A stretch of DNA of 64,000 bases from Oikopleura dioica (taxonomy: Eukaryota; Animalia; Chordata). The position numbers were made by a program, and so were the translations under genes. The notes below the pieces were generated by a model. That model was not told where the DNA came from, made no database searches, and worked only from the letters and a program-made list of their open reading frames with translations. Positions 60,439 through 64,000 of this stretch are shown in pieces; the stretch's first letter is position 1; each line of letters opens with the position of its first letter. The stretch lies in the NCBI GenBank assembly GCA_907165135.1, contig OU015568.1:16627208-16691207 (forward strand). Reading direction: 5' to 3'.

Positions 60439-61395
60439 ATGTCTGCTCCACGAGCCGATGCCCAGTGCGTCCAGGTCTACGGCCGAAAGAAGACCGCCAT
60501 CGCCGTCGCCCACTGCAAGGCCGGCCAGGGACTCATCAAGGTCAATGGAAAGCCACTCGACCTCATCGAGCCACGAGCTCTCCAGTTCAAACTCCAGGAG
60601 CCTGCTCTCATCATCGGCAAGGGTAAGTTTCTTCCTCCTTTTTTTCAAATTTTTATTTATAAATTGTACTTCATCTAGAATCTCTCTTTTAGAACGATTT
60701 GCTGGTATTGACATCCGAGTTCGAGTGAAGGGTGGTGGTCGAGTCGCCCAGGTCTACGCCATCCGACAGGCCGTCGCCCGAGCCGTCGTCGCTTACTACC
60801 AAAAGTACGTCGACGAACAATCGAAACAAGAGATCAAGGTTTGTCGAGGCGGAGACTCCAGTTAGAGGGTTACTTGTTGCCCCAGTCAGTGAGCTTTGTC
60901 ACGGATTTTCAGCTTTTGGAATGGACCGGAAATTCTTTCTTAAATTTTTATCAGAAGGATAACAATTATCTTGTTTCATTTTATTTGATCAAGAAATCGA
61001 GAAGGCGCTTGCGGCTTTTATGTCGGATCAAACGAAATGAAACAGGACAAAAGTTATCTTTGTGACAACAATCTTGGAAAGACCTTCTGATAGGGCTCGA
61101 GTGCGAAGGGCGTAGGCACGGAAGGGATTTGGGGAACCCCTTGACAGCTTTTCTTCGTTTTGAAGAAGTTGAGTGCTTTGCGCCCTTCGCATGATGATCG
61201 CCCCTTTTCTTTCCAAAGCTACAGCAAGTGACAACCTCGTTTCCGAGAAAACAAACGTTACTAGCGCATTTTAACCTTTAGGATCTCCTCATCTCTTACG
61301 ACCGATCGCTCCTCGTCTCCGATCCTCGACGAAAGGAATCGAAGAAGTTCGGCGGTCCAGGCGCCCGAGCCCGATACCAGAAATCTTACCGTTAA
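60439..61395 (+). CDS. RPS16: 40S ribosomal protein S16
   Basis: [17 protein letters not shown]...[21 protein letters not shown]...[37 protein letters not shown]. Confidence 0.97.
60972..61233 (+). ncRNA. Candidate intronic structured RNA (H/ACA-like architecture) in RPS16 intron 2
   Basis: Hairpin 60972-61044, ANANNA box ACAAAA at 61047, long hairpin 61074-61216, and ACA at 61221 and 61231. Confidence 0.35.
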
Positions 61396-61528
61396 ATCGT
61401 CTCTCTCTGTTCTGTCTCGTCTTGTTCGCCAAACAAGCAACACTTCAGATTGGTCCCTAACGGGCGAGAAAATCACGGCTTCTGACCTTTCCCTATTCAG
61501 ACTTTTTGTTTACGGACTTTAACCCGAA

Positions 61529-62513
61529 ATGGCCCGCAACAGCACCGTCAATGGCGTCGCCAAGTACTCTCGATCGAAGATGTATTCTCGACGAGCCCAG
61601 CACAAGCGAACCAAGCCAGTGACCAAGGTCGAGGCCAAGAAGGCTGCCTTCGTCTCCACCAAGACCGTCGGCGGTGACAAGAACGGCGGCACCCGAAAGG
61701 TAAATCATCGAGTTTCTTCCTGACAGTCGTATTGAATCTCTACCAAGTGTTCCCTTGGCCTGATCTGTATTTGATTGGCTAACAGCACAAGAGTGCAGAT
61801 ACGCACCTCCTTGAATTCTAGCTCTCAAAGATGAATGTGTAGGTCGTCGCTCGACGAGAGCCCAAGTACTACCCAACTCTTTCCATCCGAAAGAAGCTCG
61901 TCGGACACGGCCAGAAGACCTTCTCCGCCCACCAGCACAGCCTCCGATCCTCCATCGTCCCAGGATCCGTCCTCATCCTCCTCACCGGTGTCCACCGAGG
62001 CAAGCGAGTCGTTTTCTTGAAGCAGCTCGAGTCTGGACTTCTCCTCGTCACCGGACCTTACAAGGTACTCTTCCTTGATATCAATTTTAAGAACTTGAAG
62101 CTGCAAGCGGCTTGTCGAGTTTTCTATCAAATGAAGATGGGTGTCAATTTCTAGAGTCAAATTTTCAATCCCTTTTAACCCGCTTTTCTTAGGTCAACGG
62201 AGTCCCACTCCGACGAGCCATCGCTTCCCAGGTCATCGCAACCTCCGCCAAGGTCGATGTCTCCAACATCGCCGTCCCCGAGCACGTCAACGACGCCTAC
62301 TTCAAGCGAACCAAGGCCGCCAAGAAGACCGAGGAGGGCATCTTCGAGAAGACACAGGAGAAGTACTCCGCCTCCGAGCAGCGAAAGGCTGACCAGAAGA
62401 GCATCGATGCCGCTCTCCTCGCCCCCATCGCCGCCACTCCCTACCTCAAGGGATACCTCCAGGCGCAGTTCGGCCTTTCCCGCGGACAATACCCCCACAA
62501 CTTGAAGTTCTAA
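61529..62513 (+). CDS. RPL6: 60S ribosomal protein L6
   Basis: [19 protein letters not shown]...[13 protein letters not shown]...[32 protein letters not shown]...VNGVPLRR...YPHNLKF*. Confidence 0.97.
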
Positions 62514-63619
62514 GTGTCTCCCTGTGTTTCCTTTTGAATGAATAAAGTTGTGAAAAAAATCTCATGGTTGAAGAAAAAAACATCTGTTTTGGCAAGGCAA
62601 AATTTATCGAATAAATAAGTCAGGGTTTTGAAAGATCTAGAATATTTAGCTGCGTAGCGGCTTTTAAAAAGTAGAGCTGCGAAAAAGTAAAGGATATAAA
62701 TATTGGTTGTCAAGTTTGTTTTGTCAAAGCCGCTACTGGGCTATTTCTTCAGGTCTTTCAGGATCCCGACTCAAGTTTCTGAGCCTAGAATTCAATGACT
62801 TGAAATCCACTTGATCGCTACAAGAATTGTTCACCGCCCGCCTAAGGGCAGTCAACTCTTATTATTACCAGGCTTGGTTGCCTTTGGTCGCATTATTAAA
62901 AAAATGAAAAGCGGGCAGCGAGATTTATTATTCCAAAAAGAGCCGTTTTCGAAGCTTTGTTGGAGTTGTTTTTACGAGAAACGTCAGATGCGTTGATTTG
63001 AAAAGAAAGCTGGAAAATAATGAGCGCTAGTTTTGGTTTTTGGCCTGGCCGTGAGGCGATATTCGACGGCGAAAATATCAAACCGTCGGCGGAATATCAA
63101 TATGCAAGCGCGTTGCGAGAGACTGATAAAAACGATATTTAATTTAGAGAAAGGAATCGGTTGCGTGATCGAAAATGGCGGACCATAAGAAGGTAGATAT
63201 CGAAAGCGTTGATAAAAAAACGGAGGTAACGTCGGGTATATTCACTTTCTCTAGAATATACAGTAGAGCAATCTTTATCGGTCATTTTTCAAGCAGTTTT
63301 GCCAGCTTCAAATTTAGTCAAAGCAGGTTTCAGTAATCAGGAAAGGCGGGCAGATTCTGATTCAACTGGAAAATTGAACTGAAGAAAAATGACAGTTGGA
63401 AAAGAAAAGAGTGTCTAAAATAGATCCTGGAGTCAATTTTAGTTTGCTTCGTTCTTTCTTTAACTCTTCAATTAGAAATGTAAATACGCTGTCACTGTAT
63501 TAGTCATTTATCAAACTCACTGAAAATCGAAATTTTAAAAGAGAAAAAACACTAACAAAAGAGTAGCATTAAACCTAACCCTAAAGAATATTTTTTCGCA
63601 GCCAAGTGAGGAAGACAAA

Positions 63620-64000
63620 ATGGCCAATATTCAAATGTACTCAAATCAAAAGCAGCCTTTACTCAATATTGCAGATCCGCATGTGATTAGACCAAGTAAC
63701 GTAATACCCTACTTCTTTCATTTTTTCAACGCTAACGTCTTTTTTCCAATTAGCCAACTGTGGCCGGCTTGAACATGAAATACGTCTCGTTGATTCTTCT
63801 CGTCGTGCAAAATGCTTCCCTGGCGTTGACGATGCGCGCTGCTAGAACTCAGACTGGGGATATGTTCTTGTCTACTTCTGCTGTCTGCATGGCCGAAATT
63901 ACAAAAGGTAAAAAGAAGAGGGTTTGGAGTATTTTTAATACCATTTTCCAGTGCTCGTTTGTCTGATCATCATCCTCCACTCGTTCGGCTGGAACATCCG
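63620..64000 (+). CDS. SLC35A2: Nucleotide-sugar transporter, SLC35A2/A3-like (5' part)
   Basis: [46 protein letters not shown]|VLVCL. Truncated by the window end. Confidence 0.85.

Noticed and set aside
61187-61260. C/D snoRNA suggested by ATGATGA
   Set aside because: No downstream CTGA D box before the 3' splice site.

Overview
Compact, intron-rich eukaryotic DNA. Many 30-60 nt introns, GA/GG/GC-AG splice sites, operon-like gene spacing and chordate-type proteins point to the larvacean tunicate Oikopleura (inference). About 24 protein-coding genes or gene copies can be modelled by eye. They are Rab10 (3' part), an EGF-repeat membrane protein, an ATP8B P4-ATPase, CCDC9, a C-clamp protein, ADAL, NMNAT, CDPF1, TCP11-like, an astacin, three paralogous C2H2 genes, a CD73-like 5'-nucleotidase, KIAA1143, TMEM208, MARCHF5, UBE2J1, a multi-C2H2 protein, SND1, RPS16, RPL6, SLC35A2 (5' part) and two orphans. 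There is also a tRNA-Arg(ACG) gene and several families of inverted-repeat elements (MITEs). The best leads are: (1) three divergent vault-RNA-like genes with covarying stems and no internal B box, clustered in a Rab10 intron together with an antisense EGF gene; (2) two cases where a MITE or foldback element sits in the first codons of a gene (ADAL, astacin) and can be removed as a GG-AG intron, i.e. candidate transposon-generated introns; (3) an unclassified ~95-nt structured Pol III-like RNA near 18.1 kb and a structured RNA candidate in an RPS16 intron. Gene models and protein family calls were made by eye and from memory; no searches were run, so multi-exon boundaries are approximate.
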